Shown piece after piece: positions 18,266 through 27,540 of a stretch of DNA of 64,000 nucleotides. The stretch lies in the NCBI GenBank assembly GCA_964651815.1, contig CAZYWG010000001.1, forward strand, positions 65,189-129,188, written 5' to 3'. Each line of letters begins with the position of its first letter. Position 1 is the first letter of the stretch. The notes beneath the pieces are model-generated. The model ran no database searches and was not told the DNA's origin. It was given only the letters and a program-made list of their open reading frames with translations. The translations under genes were made by a program, and so were the position numbers. Origin of the DNA: an uncultured Gammaproteobacteria bacterium (GTDB lineage Bacteria > Patescibacteriota > Microgenomatia > Levybacterales > GWA1-39-11).

Positions 18266-20164
18266 ATGAGCAGTATTTTGTCTTATATTTTTGTTTATTA
18301 CTCTATTTTTCTAGCAAGTACTATCTTTGTGCTGGCTGCCAAAAATCTGCTTTTTAAAAAGTGGGGTCAAATTGCCGATTGGACATTTCTTCTTGTATTT
18401 ATAATCATTACGCAATCCTTCTCACTTTATTATGCATTTTTACCTAGTCTTTTCCTGATTAATCTTCTTATTGATATATCAGTCATTTTTGTCGCTAAAA
18501 GGGTGTTCAAGAATTATTCATACGCCGGATTGGCCTTCTATCTTGCTAACTATGCACTCATACTAATTGGTATTGTGTGGGGTGGTTCGTTTCTTTCGTC
18601 GATACACGCAAGCTTATTTACAAAATTGCTTCTTGTGGCTTTTGCTCCTCTTCTTATAATCATGTTACCCGGAGATTTTTTCCAGCTGATTGAAGTTTAT
18701 GATGTATTGTGTAGGCAAAAATGGATAAGACCAAGAAATCCATTGCCTGCCAGAACGAAAAAACATGCTCCTATGGTTTCTGTACATGTGCCTATCCACG
18801 CAGAGCCACCAGAAATAGTAATTGAAACATTAGATATACTTTCAAAACTTGAGTACAACAATTATGAAGTCCTAGTTGTGGATAACAATACCGATGATCC
18901 TACTCTTTGGAAACCTATTAAAGAGCACTGCAAAAAACTAGGTAATAAGTTTAGATTTTTCCATGTGGAAAATTTAGAAGGTGCAAAAGGTGGAGCGCTA
19001 AATTTTGCCCTTAAGCACACGAACCCAAGAGCAAGTCTAGTAAGTGTTGTAGATGGTGATTACCATGCTAACCCTAAATTCCTTAAAGATTTAGTTGGTT
19101 ATTTTGACAATTCCAACATGGGTTTTGTGCAAACAACTCATGACTACCGAGGATGGGAAGATAACTTATATCTAACAATGTGTTACTGGGAATATTTAAT
19201 ATTCTTCCACACAACTCTTGTAAGTCTCAATGAAAGAGATGCAGCGATAACTGTAGGAACAATGTGCGTAATCCGCAAAAAGGCTCTTAGAGAAGCAGGC
19301 GGCTGGTCACAATGGTGTGTCACTGAAGATTCAGAGCTAGCTATCAGAATACATGATAAAGGCTATAATTCTGTTTACATAAATAAAACCTATGGAAGAG
19401 GACTTATTCCTTCAACATTTTCTGGATATAAAAAACAGAGATATAGGTGGACGGCTGGACCTATTCAGGAATTTCAACATCACTGGAAACATCTTACTGG
19501 AGTCTCAAAAAAGCCTTCCAAATATAGCTTGCTTCAGAGAATCCACCATTTGAATCATGGACTCGACAATATTATTCTTGCACTTAATATTCCATTTACA
19601 GTCATAAGCATAATTGAAATATTGTCTATGGTATTCCACCATGAAATTATTCAGGTCCCTTTTGAACTATGGCTCGCTTCGACAGTTCTACTTGTGGCAA
19701 ATTTTGTTCTCACTTGGTTACTATATAGAGCAACTATAAGACCAAGTTTTTGGCAGCTTATGGGGGGAATGATAGCTGGAAAATCTTTACAACACATAGT
19801 GTCTTATTCAGCTTTCAGAACTGCAATTACAGGAGACGCAGCCTGGAAACGAACAAATAAATTTAAAACAAAGTTTTCGTTTTCTCTTGGGTTAATGTCA
19901 GCCAAAGACGAATTGATAATAGGTTTGATTTTGATTGTTTTTATCATTTTTGCTTTCGCTCTTCTCCCACATCCAGGACTCGCTTTAATGCTTTTAATTG
20001 GTCTATTTTACATGGCAACAAATTATCTTTCTTCAACTATTTTTAGCATTGTTAATGTATTCTTGATGAGCAAAAAAGAACAAGGTGAATTTGATATACC
20101 GCACCTTCCGCTACTTGGAAATTTTACTCCGCGTTTAAACGATCTTTTTTTGATAACAAACTAA
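18266..20164 (+). CDS. Processive GT2 beta-glycan synthase (cellulose/chitin/hyaluronan-synthase-like) with N- and C-terminal TM domains
   Basis: 'VLVVDNNTDDP', 'VVDGDYHANP', 'QRYRWTAGP' (QxxRW). About 5 N-terminal and about 4 C-terminal TM helices. Confidence 0.7.
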   Translation: MSSILSYIFVYYSIFLASTIFVLAAKNLLFKKWGQIADWTFLLVFIIITQSFSLYYAFLPSLFLINLLIDISVIFVAKRVFKNYSYAGLAFYLANYALILIGIVWGGSFLSSIHASLFTKLLLVAFAPLLIIMLPGDFFQLIEVYDVLCRQKWIRPRNPLPARTKKHAPMVSVHVPIHAEPPEIVIETLDILSKLEYNNYEVLVVDNNTDDPTLWKPIKEHCKKLGNKFRFFHVENLEGAKGGALNFALKHTNPRASLVSVVDGDYHANPKFLKDLVGYFDNSNMGFVQTTHDYRGWEDNLYLTMCYWEYLIFFHTTLVSLNERDAAITVGTMCVIRKKALREAGGWSQWCVTEDSELAIRIHDKGYNSVYINKTYGRGLIPSTFSGYKKQRYRWTAGPIQEFQHHWKHLTGVSKKPSKYSLLQRIHHLNHGLDNIILALNIPFTVISIIEILSMVFHHEIIQVPFELWLASTVLLVANFVLTWLLYRATIRPSFWQLMGGMIAGKSLQHIVSYSAFRTAITGDAAWKRTNKFKTKFSFSLGLMSAKDELIIGLILIVFIIFAFALLPHPGLALMLLIGLFYMATNYLSSTIFSIVNVFLMSKKEQGEFDIPHLPLLGNFTPRLNDLFLITN

Positions 20165-20181
20165 ATAAACTTCTCGAGGAC

Positions 20182-20421
20182 TTATTTTTTGAAGGATTTT
20201 CCCCAATGTATGCGGTTCCAGATTCTTTCGTGAACATAGTAAAGTATTGTACTCGCAAAATTTGAAAAAAAGACCACTGCCAAAGTCACATCATAGCGGC
20301 GTGTAATTGCATAAATTATTATCCCGTCTGAAGTCAAAATTACTGCACGGAAAGTAATTGCCTTTACCAAAGACCTGCCAATATGTTCATGAAACTTAGC
20401 CATTATTAATAATAATAGCAA
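20182..20421 (-). CDS. DUF2061 family small membrane protein (likely start at the internal Met, 20403)
   Basis: 'RSLVKAITFR...YYVHERIWNRIHWG' matches the DUF2061 signature. Confidence 0.6.
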   Translation of the reverse strand: MLLLLIMAKFHEHIGRSLVKAITFRAVILTSDGIIIYAITRRYDVTLAVVFFSNFASTILYYVHERIWNRIHWGKSFKK

Positions 20422-20469
20422 ATTAATATTTTCTCCACAAAAAAACAGTCAATATTATCTTGGAGCGGG

Positions 20470-20979
20470 TTATTTTGGAATCCCAAAGAAGCTTTTGAAG
20501 AAATCACGAATCATCTCAAATAATGATTTTGCCTTTTGAATTTTCTTTTTTATCTCTGCACTTTTTGTTGACTCCTCTTTTTCCTCAGAATTCGAATCAG
20601 TGTCAGATTTTACGCTTATTGAAGTTTTTGAGTTATTGGAACTTGTTGAAGATGTTGAGCTATTTGTGCCTGAGTTACTTATATGTACCTGCGAATGGCC
20701 GTCATCTGACTGTGCATCAATATCACCGTTATCTGACTCTGTGCATTTCCCATTAATACAAACTGTTGCGTGACTTCCACCACCCGTTGTTGTGCAGTTA
20801 CCATTTATGCAAGTTGTAGTCTGCCCGGATGTTTGCTGGTTAACACTAACGTCTGAATTGGAACCCGTACCATTATTAGAAACTGTAACGTGGGTATCTG
20901 CAAAAGCAATTGATGTTGGGATGAAGAAAAAAAGCAAGATAATTATGAACTTTTTCATGTGGCCTGAATCAAAATACAA
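20470..20979 (-). CDS. Small secreted low-complexity protein with duplicated CINGxC motif and a C-terminal cationic amphipathic helix (signal-peptide start probably at 20958)
   Basis: 'MKKFIIILLFFFIPTSIAFA' signal peptide. 'CINGNCTTTGG...CINGKCTES'. S/T/N/D-rich. Tail 'IKKKIQKAKSLFEMIRDFFKSFF'. Confidence 0.45.
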   Translation of the reverse strand: MYFDSGHMKKFIIILLFFFIPTSIAFADTHVTVSNNGTGSNSDVSVNQQTSGQTTTCINGNCTTTGGGSHATVCINGKCTESDNGDIDAQSDDGHSQVHISNSGTNSSTSSTSSNNSKTSISVKSDTDSNSEEKEESTKSAEIKKKIQKAKSLFEMIRDFFKSFFGIPK

Positions 20980-21121
20980 TATCTATCGAGTTTTATCAAG
21001 CAATTCGTATACCACTTTATCCAAATAGGTTCGAATTTTTTCCAAAACGAAATTATTCGAATTTATTCGGATACATTAGGATTTAAAAACAAAACTCATC
21101 ATCTTCGTCCATAGTCCTTGG

Positions 21122-21154
21122 GGGCAAACTTTCGCGGGGCTTGCCCAATTGGGC
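21122..21154. promoter_or_regulatory. GC-rich hairpin GGGCAA-N13-TTGCCC overlapping a 12-bp perfect palindrome GCCCAATTGGGC, in an AT-rich divergent intergenic region
   Basis: Read directly from the sequence. A strongly atypical composition island of about 60 bp. Confidence 0.3.
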
Positions 21155-21219
21155 AGAGTCAGAGGATTATATCACTCTGTATCGTTCATATCAACAAGCT
21201 GATATAATTACTGAATTGC

Positions 21220-22296
21220 ATGCAATTATTAAAGAATTTTAAAAATAAAGTTTTAAATTTTGTAAAGACCCATAAAATATGGTCCATAGTAATTATTGTC
21301 ATTGTTTTACCTGTCTTGTTTTTACTAAGACCAAAACCCGCAAAGCTAATCGAAACACAGAAAGTAAGCCGAGGAGATTTAACTCAAACAATTTCAATAA
21401 CAGGCACAGTTGACGCGGATAATTCAGTCAATCTTTCATTTTTAATTGGCGGGAAACTTATTTATCTAGGGGCCAAAAAAGGGGACAGCGTTAGGGCTTA
21501 TCAAACACTCGCGACACTTGACCAACGGACGGCACAAAAAAATCTTCAATCAACTCTCATTGATTATTCAAAACAAAGAAATACCTTTGATCAAAACCAG
21601 GCAAATAACCAAAACAGAACGCCACAACAAGCGCTTAACGATTCTATGAAAAGAATTCTTGAGGATAATCAATATGACCTTGATAAATCCGTCAACTCTG
21701 TTGAACTTCTATCCTTAGCAGAAGAACAGTCTGTTTTAACAACTCCAATTGCAGGAATTTTAGTACGCGCGGATGTAAAAAGTGTTGGGGTAAATGTAGG
21801 CTCAACTGCCGTCTGGAGTGTTGTTGACCCCAATTCTATGGAGTTTAAAATGGAAGTTGATGAAGCTGATATTGCAAACGTCAAAGACGGCGAGAGCGCA
21901 AAAATTACACTCGACCCGTATCCTAACGACACAATAAATCTCACAGTTTCTGACATTGATTTTGTTACTCATACAACATCAACCGGCGGTAATGCTTACT
22001 ATGTTTATGCCAAACTCCCAAATAACACAGACTATCGTTTTCGAGTGGGTATGAATGGGAATGCTGAAATTTTAACAAACAAAAAAACGGGTGTTCTACA
22101 AATTCCGCTCACTAGTGTTCAAAATGATAATGAAGTTTTGCTCAAAACAGGGAATAAATTTAAAGTGCAGAAAATTTCAACGGGCCTTGAAAATGACACT
22201 TCAATAGAAATTTTATCCGGATTAAATAGTGGCGATCAAATAGCCGTCAACCCGGCAGATGTACCAAAAAATGAAATCCTCAAATCAACTAAATAG
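21220..22296 (+). CDS. HlyD/MacA-type periplasmic adaptor (membrane fusion protein)
   Basis: N-terminal TM, coiled-coil and beta-barrel/lipoyl pattern. Immediately upstream of the MacB-like ABC ATPase. TGaTATAAT extended -10 upstream. Confidence 0.65.
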   Translation: MQLLKNFKNKVLNFVKTHKIWSIVIIVIVLPVLFLLRPKPAKLIETQKVSRGDLTQTISITGTVDADNSVNLSFLIGGKLIYLGAKKGDSVRAYQTLATLDQRTAQKNLQSTLIDYSKQRNTFDQNQANNQNRTPQQALNDSMKRILEDNQYDLDKSVNSVELLSLAEEQSVLTTPIAGILVRADVKSVGVNVGSTAVWSVVDPNSMEFKMEVDEADIANVKDGESAKITLDPYPNDTINLTVSDIDFVTHTTSTGGNAYYVYAKLPNNTDYRFRVGMNGNAEILTNKKTGVLQIPLTSVQNDNEVLLKTGNKFKVQKISTGLENDTSIEILSGLNSGDQIAVNPADVPKNEILKSTK

Positions 22297-22298
22297 TT

Positions 22299-22979
22299 AT
22301 GGCCAAAAAGGGTGAAATAATAAAGCTCGTTGATATTGTAAAGGATTATGTTTCTGCAGATGTCACAACAAATGTCATAAAGGGTATATCTCTAACGGTC
22401 AATCAAGGAGACTTTCTTGCAATTACAGGACCTTCAGGATCCGGAAAATCAACGCTCATGAATATTATTGGGCTCCTTGATATACCAACAAAGGGAGATT
22501 ATATTCTCAACGGTACAGATACTACTCATTTTAATGAAGACGAGCTTGCTTATTTAAGAAATAAAGAAATTGGGTTTGTTTTTCAATCATTTAATCTTTT
22601 ATCACGTGTTTCAACTCTTGAAAACGTAATTCTTCCTTCAATTTACGCTGGTACAAATAGAGGTAGCAGGACTGATCGCGCAAAAGAATTGTTGACAAAG
22701 CTTGGACTTGGCGACAGGTTTAAGAATCACCCAAACCAACTTTCCGGTGGACAACAGCAACGAGTTGCAATTGCCCGAGCGCTTATGAATAACCCTGCAT
22801 TAATTTTGGCAGATGAACCAACAGGTAATCTTGACACAAAATCAGGGGACGATGTTATGAAAATTCTTAAAGAATTAAACAAGGAAGGAAAAACAATAGT
22901 CCTAATAACTCACGAAGCGAATATTGCTTCCCAAGCACAAAAAATCATTAAAATAGTCGACGGGAAAATAGTGAAATAA
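22299..22979 (+). CDS. ABC transporter ATP-binding protein (MacB/LolD type)
   Basis: Walker A 'GPSGSGKST', signature '[15 protein letters not shown]', Walker B '[11 protein letters not shown]'. Confidence 0.85.
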   Translation: MAKKGEIIKLVDIVKDYVSADVTTNVIKGISLTVNQGDFLAITGPSGSGKSTLMNIIGLLDIPTKGDYILNGTDTTHFNEDELAYLRNKEIGFVFQSFNLLSRVSTLENVILPSIYAGTNRGSRTDRAKELLTKLGLGDRFKNHPNQLSGGQQQRVAIARALMNNPALILADEPTGNLDTKSGDDVMKILKELNKEGKTIVLITHEANIASQAQKIIKIVDGKIVK

Positions 22980-22987
22980 AAAAACTT

Positions 22988-24172
22988 ATGGATTTACAAG
23001 AACTTTTAATATTATCTATTCGCGCGCTAGCAGCAAACAAACTACGCAGTTTTTTAACTACTCTTGGAATTATTATCGGAGTCTTTTCAATTATACTTCT
23101 TGTATCTATTGGCTCGGGTTTACAAGGGTATATAACCAATCAAATCTCTTCTCTTGGTCCTAACGTTATATTTGTACTTCCCGGAAATTCGGGAGGGCTT
23201 GGCGCCGTGATTGCAAACAAATTAATAATCCAGGATTCAGAAAATCTTCAAAGAAGAATGTTGACTATTGCCAAAGTTGCACCTGAATTGAGACAACTTG
23301 ATACTCTTAAATATAAAAGTCTTAAATCTAAAGGTGCATTTGTTTTAGGAAGTACATATCAATATCCAGACGTTGTAACAAGCATTAAGACTGTTGAGGG
23401 GAATTTTTTTACGGTGGGTCAGGAGCGTGCTGGAGCTAATGTTGTGGTAATTGGACAAACGGTTTTTAGTAAGCTTTTCAAAAGCCATAACGCAATTGGA
23501 AAAAGAATCTTTATTGGAACCAAGCAATACACAATTGTTGGAATTCTTGGTAAAAACGGTTCTTTTGCTGGAGTGGACGCGGACAATATTGCGCTCATCC
23601 CAATAGAAGCGGCAAGCAGACAATATGGTATAAATTCAATTTCAAGAATTGATATTGCTGCAAAAAATAGTGAAGTTCTTCCACTTGTGATAAGTCAAGT
23701 AAAAAAAACTATGTTGAGAAGAATTACAATAGATGATTTCTCTATCCAAACCGCCGACTCTATCATTTCAACCGTCTCAAATATTACAAATATTCTTTCA
23801 ATAGCACTAGGTGGAATAGCTGCAATTTCTCTTTTAGTTGGGGGAATTGGAGTTGCAAATATAATGCTTGTTTCGGTAACTGAGAGGACGCGTGAAATAG
23901 GTCTTAGAAAAGCGCTGGGCGCTCGGCGCGCGGATATTTTAAAACAATTCTTGCTTGAAGCAGTTTTCTTATCCCTCACGGGCGGAATCATAGGGATTGC
24001 TCTTGGTCTCAGCGCGTCTTATGTCCTTGCAATATTCTTTGTTTCAGTAGTCACACCTTGGTCAATTATTTTGGCTTTTACATTCTCATTATTGGTTGGA
24101 GTAATTTTTGGGATGGCACCAGCCATACGTGCATCAAAGCTTAATCCAATAGAAGCACTCCGATACGAATAG
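22988..24172 (+). CDS. ABC transporter permease, FtsX/MacB family
   Basis: N-terminal TM, large extracytoplasmic domain and 3 C-terminal TM helices with an FtsX-like pattern 'GVANIMLVSVTERTREIGLRKALGA'. Confidence 0.8.
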   Translation: MDLQELLILSIRALAANKLRSFLTTLGIIIGVFSIILLVSIGSGLQGYITNQISSLGPNVIFVLPGNSGGLGAVIANKLIIQDSENLQRRMLTIAKVAPELRQLDTLKYKSLKSKGAFVLGSTYQYPDVVTSIKTVEGNFFTVGQERAGANVVVIGQTVFSKLFKSHNAIGKRIFIGTKQYTIVGILGKNGSFAGVDADNIALIPIEAASRQYGINSISRIDIAAKNSEVLPLVISQVKKTMLRRITIDDFSIQTADSIISTVSNITNILSIALGGIAAISLLVGGIGVANIMLVSVTERTREIGLRKALGARRADILKQFLLEAVFLSLTGGIIGIALGLSASYVLAIFFVSVVTPWSIILAFTFSLLVGVIFGMAPAIRASKLNPIEALRYE

Positions 24173-24205
24173 CCTAATTTTAAATCATCGACTGTTAACT
24201 ATTCT

Positions 24206-24230
24206 AAAAAACCAGAAGGTTTTTATAATT
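24206..24230. terminator. Weak bidirectional hairpin AAAAACC-agaa-GGTTTTT followed by a T-run
   Basis: 7-bp AT-rich stem after the permease stop codon. Confidence 0.3.
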
Positions 24231-24266
24231 TGACAACTCCGTTTTGTTTTATGATAAACTAAATAT

Positions 24267-25031
24267 GTGGAACTCCCCAAAAGTAATTTAATACACTCTT
24301 CTATCATTGTTTCGGCGATTGCTGTTTTTATTCTTCTCTGGGCAATACGATTTTTTAACATCGCGCTACCGATTTCTATCACTACAAAACAGGAAACCTC
24401 AAGTGAACTTTCTGTTGTTGGTGACGGAAAAGTTGACGTAATTCCTGACACTGCAACCGTTTCTGTTGGAATCACGGTGACAAACGCCGCAACTGCAACA
24501 GAAGCACAAAGTAAAGCGACACAAATTAACAACGCGATAATTTCAGCTCTTACAACACTTGGCATCGATAAAAAGGACATTAAAACTACGGATTATTCAA
24601 TAAGTCCAAGCTATAATTACAGTACTGGACAAAATACCGTGTCAGGATACAATGCCACAGCCAGTGTATCTATTAAAGTTACAAATACCGCGCTTCTTCC
24701 ACAAGTAATTCAGGCCGCAACGGACGCCGGAGCAAATCAAATTAATAATACTGAATATTCGGTTGATAATCCCGAAAAATTCAGAGAACAGGCAAGAAGC
24801 ATGGCAATCCAAAATGCAAAAGATCAAGCGCAAAAATTGGCTAACCAACTAGGAATAAGACTCGGTAAGATAACAAATATTGTAGAATCGAACCAAGGGG
24901 TACCAGAACCTCTCCCATTCAGAGCGGGTGGAGTTTTAGACGCCAGCATGAGTAAGTCTGTTGCTCCAAATCTTGAGGCGGGCAGTCAAACAATCACCTC
25001 AGAAGTTACCCTATTTTTTGAAAAAAATTAA
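24267..25031 (+). CDS. SIMPL-domain protein (DUF541 / BP26-like)
   Basis: 'LSVVGDGKVDVIPDTATVSVGITV...TEAQSKATQ...LGIDKKDIKTTDYSISPSY' and C-terminal 'EAGSQTITSEVTLFF'. GTG start in the ORF track. Confidence 0.7.
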   Translation: MELPKSNLIHSSIIVSAIAVFILLWAIRFFNIALPISITTKQETSSELSVVGDGKVDVIPDTATVSVGITVTNAATATEAQSKATQINNAIISALTTLGIDKKDIKTTDYSISPSYNYSTGQNTVSGYNATASVSIKVTNTALLPQVIQAATDAGANQINNTEYSVDNPEKFREQARSMAIQNAKDQAQKLANQLGIRLGKITNIVESNQGVPEPLPFRAGGVLDASMSKSVAPNLEAGSQTITSEVTLFFEKN

Positions 25032-25175
25032 AAATTCTTCTTGACAAAATTTGTTAAGCTGTTCATACTAATAATGTTTTGGGCTACCTTAAAGCCTGTT
25101 TTGAAAAGTTTACGATTCACCTCGAATCCATTTTCACTGCAGGGTCTTAGAATTTTTATATTTTTTAAACAACAA

Positions 25176-25296
25176 ATGCATCAAGAGAGTTTCATGCCTG
25201 TAGGCGTGAGGCCGGCAACCGTAAGTTTTAGCGGTGCCACACTGTCCCAACAGGATGCGTCCCAAGTAAAAGCGAGGCTTTGCGAGGGAAAAAACT
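25176..25296 (+). ncRNA. Candidate compact SAM riboswitch (SAM-I/IV-clan-like) in the metK leader
   Basis: Core motifs are present: aUCAAGAGAG, GGCAACC and GGUGCCA. Helices are P1 GCAUC/GAUGC (25178-82 / 25254-58), P2-like GCCU/AGGC, P3-like CCG/CGG and P4-like CUGU/ACAG. It lies directly 5' of metK. Confidence 0.45.
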
Positions 25297-25297
25297 T

Positions 25298-26404
25298 ATG
25301 AATAATTATTTCTTTACTTCAGAATCAGTCTGCGCGGGACATCCCGATAAAATTTGTGACCAAATAAGTGATGCTATTGTTGACTGTGTTTTAGGACAGG
25401 ACAGAAAAGGCAAAGTCGCCGTTGAAACTCTCGTCACAGAAAATCAAGTTGTTCTTGCAGGTGAAATAAATTCACGCGCAGAAGTTAATTTTAAAAAAAT
25501 CGCGAGGGAACAAATTAAAAGACTTGGTTATGATATTCCGGCCCTAAAATTTACTTATGAATCCCCTATTCATATTTTTGTTCATAAGCAATCGCCTGAA
25601 ATTGCTGTAGGCGTTGAAAAAATGGGCGCCGGCGACCAAGGAATGATGTTTGGGTATGCTTGCCGTGAAACACCACAACTCATGCCGTTACCGATAACAA
25701 TTGCCCACGCACTCACAAAAAAAATTGATGAGTTGCGTGAATCTAAGATACTAAAATACCTAAGACCCGATGGAAAAAGCCAGGTAACAATAGAATATAA
25801 AAATAGAAAACCTATCAAAGTAACAAAAGTTGTACTTGCAGTACCACATAAAGAAAAGAGCACCGAAGGAGAAGTAAAAAAAGATATCTTTGAAAAAGTT
25901 GTAAAACCAGTTCTTTCCGAATTCGGATTTAAAGTCTCAATAAAGGATTTAATATTAAATGGAACGGGGGTATGGAATTTTTCAGGGCCAGCAGCTGATA
26001 CTGGCGTCACAGGACGCAAAATCATAGTTGACACATACGGTGGATACTCTCGGGTTGGAGGAGGGGCTTTTTCAGGAAAAGATCCAACAAAAGTTGACCG
26101 GTCAGGCGCGTACGCCGCGCGCTTTTTAGCAAAAAATGTAGTTGCCGCGGGACTTGCTGACCGCGCGGAAGTTGCCCTTGCGTATTTTATTGGTGCAAAA
26201 CTTCCTGTTATGCAGGGAATTGAAACTTTTGGGACTGAGAAAAAATCAAAAAAAATAATTGCATCATTTATGAATAAGATCCTTGATACATCTGTTGAGG
26301 GAATTTTGGAAGGACTTGATCTAAGGCGTCCTATTTATCTTCCGACCGCCTCATACGGCCATTTTGGCAGACCTGAATTCCCCTGGGAAAAAATTGTTGC
26401 CTAA
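25298..26404 (+). CDS. metK: S-adenosylmethionine synthetase
   Basis: 'FTSESVCAGHPDKICDQISDAIVD', 'GAGDQGMMFGYA', 'GGGAFSGKDPTKVDRSGAYAAR'. The ATG at 25298 has a GAGGG RBS. The upstream TTG in the ORF track is unlikely to be the start. Confidence 0.9.
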   Translation: MNNYFFTSESVCAGHPDKICDQISDAIVDCVLGQDRKGKVAVETLVTENQVVLAGEINSRAEVNFKKIAREQIKRLGYDIPALKFTYESPIHIFVHKQSPEIAVGVEKMGAGDQGMMFGYACRETPQLMPLPITIAHALTKKIDELRESKILKYLRPDGKSQVTIEYKNRKPIKVTKVVLAVPHKEKSTEGEVKKDIFEKVVKPVLSEFGFKVSIKDLILNGTGVWNFSGPAADTGVTGRKIIVDTYGGYSRVGGGAFSGKDPTKVDRSGAYAARFLAKNVVAAGLADRAEVALAYFIGAKLPVMQGIETFGTEKKSKKIIASFMNKILDTSVEGILEGLDLRRPIYLPTASYGHFGRPEFPWEKIVA

Positions 26405-26448
26405 TAACACTTTTAAATCCCTCAATTTGTACTATAATGTAGCGAGAA

Positions 26449-27540
26449 ATGAATACAACCATAAAATGCATCCATTGCGGAAAAGACATTGAAATTTCAG
26501 AAGCTATTAAACACGCCGAAGAAACAAAGATCAGAGAAGAACTAACTAAAGAATTATCTAAAAAAGAGTCAATAGAACTTGCAGATTTAAAAAAGCAACT
26601 TGACGAGCAAAAAAAGAAGGGTGATGAATTTCGCGAGAAAGAATTGGCACTTCTTGCCGACAAAAGAAAACTTGAGGAAAAAGAAAAAGATTTTGATCTT
26701 CAGCTTGCAAGAAAACTTGACGAAGAAAAAAAGAAAATAGAACTTGAAGTAGGTAAAAAAGTAGAGGAAGAACAACATACTAAAATAATTGAGAAAGATA
26801 AACAACTTCAGGATGCACTGAAAGAAATTGAGGAGATGAGGCGAAAATTACAACAAGGATCCCAACAAACTCAGGGAGAAGCTTTTGAACTAGAATTTGA
26901 GGAGTTGCTTCAAAAAGAATTCCCTAATGACAAAATTTTACCGGTCGCAAAAGGCACACGCGGCGGCGATATAATTCAAGAAGTTTGGGATAGCCGCGGA
27001 AACTACTCGGGTAAAATTCTTTGGGAACTCAAAAATACAAAACTTTGGAGCGAGGATTGGGTTTTAAAACTTAAAAGTGACCAAAGATCAATTAAAGCAG
27101 AAGATGCAGTATTGATATCCGAAGTTTTACCGAAAGATATAACGACGGCAGGATTTAGAAATGGAATTTGGGTCACAAAACGCACATTTGTTATTGGAAT
27201 TGCATCGGCTCTCCGTGCAAAACTAATTCAGCTTTATTACGCAAAACTTTCAGTTGAAGGTAAAAACGAGAAAATGGAGATTATGTATTCCTATCTTGCC
27301 GGAACAGAGTTTAAACATAGAGTTGAAGCGATAGTTGAAGCGTTTTCAAATATGCAGCAGGAAATTGAGAAAGAAAAAAGGTATTTTGCTAACAAATGGG
27401 CGAGGGATGAAAAAAACATTCGCCAAGTAATTGACCAAACTTACGGAATGCATGGAGATATTAAAGGAATTGCCGGAGAAGTTATTCCTCAAATAAAAGG
27501 GCTTGAAGCTTTAGAACTTGAATCAGGAGATAATTCATAG
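26449..27540 (+). CDS. DUF2130 protein: N-terminal CxxC, long coiled-coil, C-terminal PD-(D/E)xK-like domain
   Basis: 'KCIHCGKD'. KE-rich coiled-coil. 'AKGTRGGDIIQEV...ILWELKNTKLWSEDWV' (D...ExK). Confidence 0.55.
   Translation: MNTTIKCIHCGKDIEISEAIKHAEETKIREELTKELSKKESIELADLKKQLDEQKKKGDEFREKELALLADKRKLEEKEKDFDLQLARKLDEEKKKIELEVGKKVEEEQHTKIIEKDKQLQDALKEIEEMRRKLQQGSQQTQGEAFELEFEELLQKEFPNDKILPVAKGTRGGDIIQEVWDSRGNYSGKILWELKNTKLWSEDWVLKLKSDQRSIKAEDAVLISEVLPKDITTAGFRNGIWVTKRTFVIGIASALRAKLIQLYYAKLSVEGKNEKMEIMYSYLAGTEFKHRVEAIVEAFSNMQQEIEKEKRYFANKWARDEKNIRQVIDQTYGMHGDIKGIAGEVIPQIKGLEALELESGDNS

Noticed and set aside
24185-24580. 131-aa minus ORF overlapping the SIMPL gene start
   Set aside because: It is antisense to a well-supported domain-bearing gene and has no recognisable features.
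25041-25301. 86-aa ORF upstream of metK
   Set aside because: It lies entirely over the riboswitch-like leader and runs into the metK start region. The more economical explanation is that the region is non-coding.
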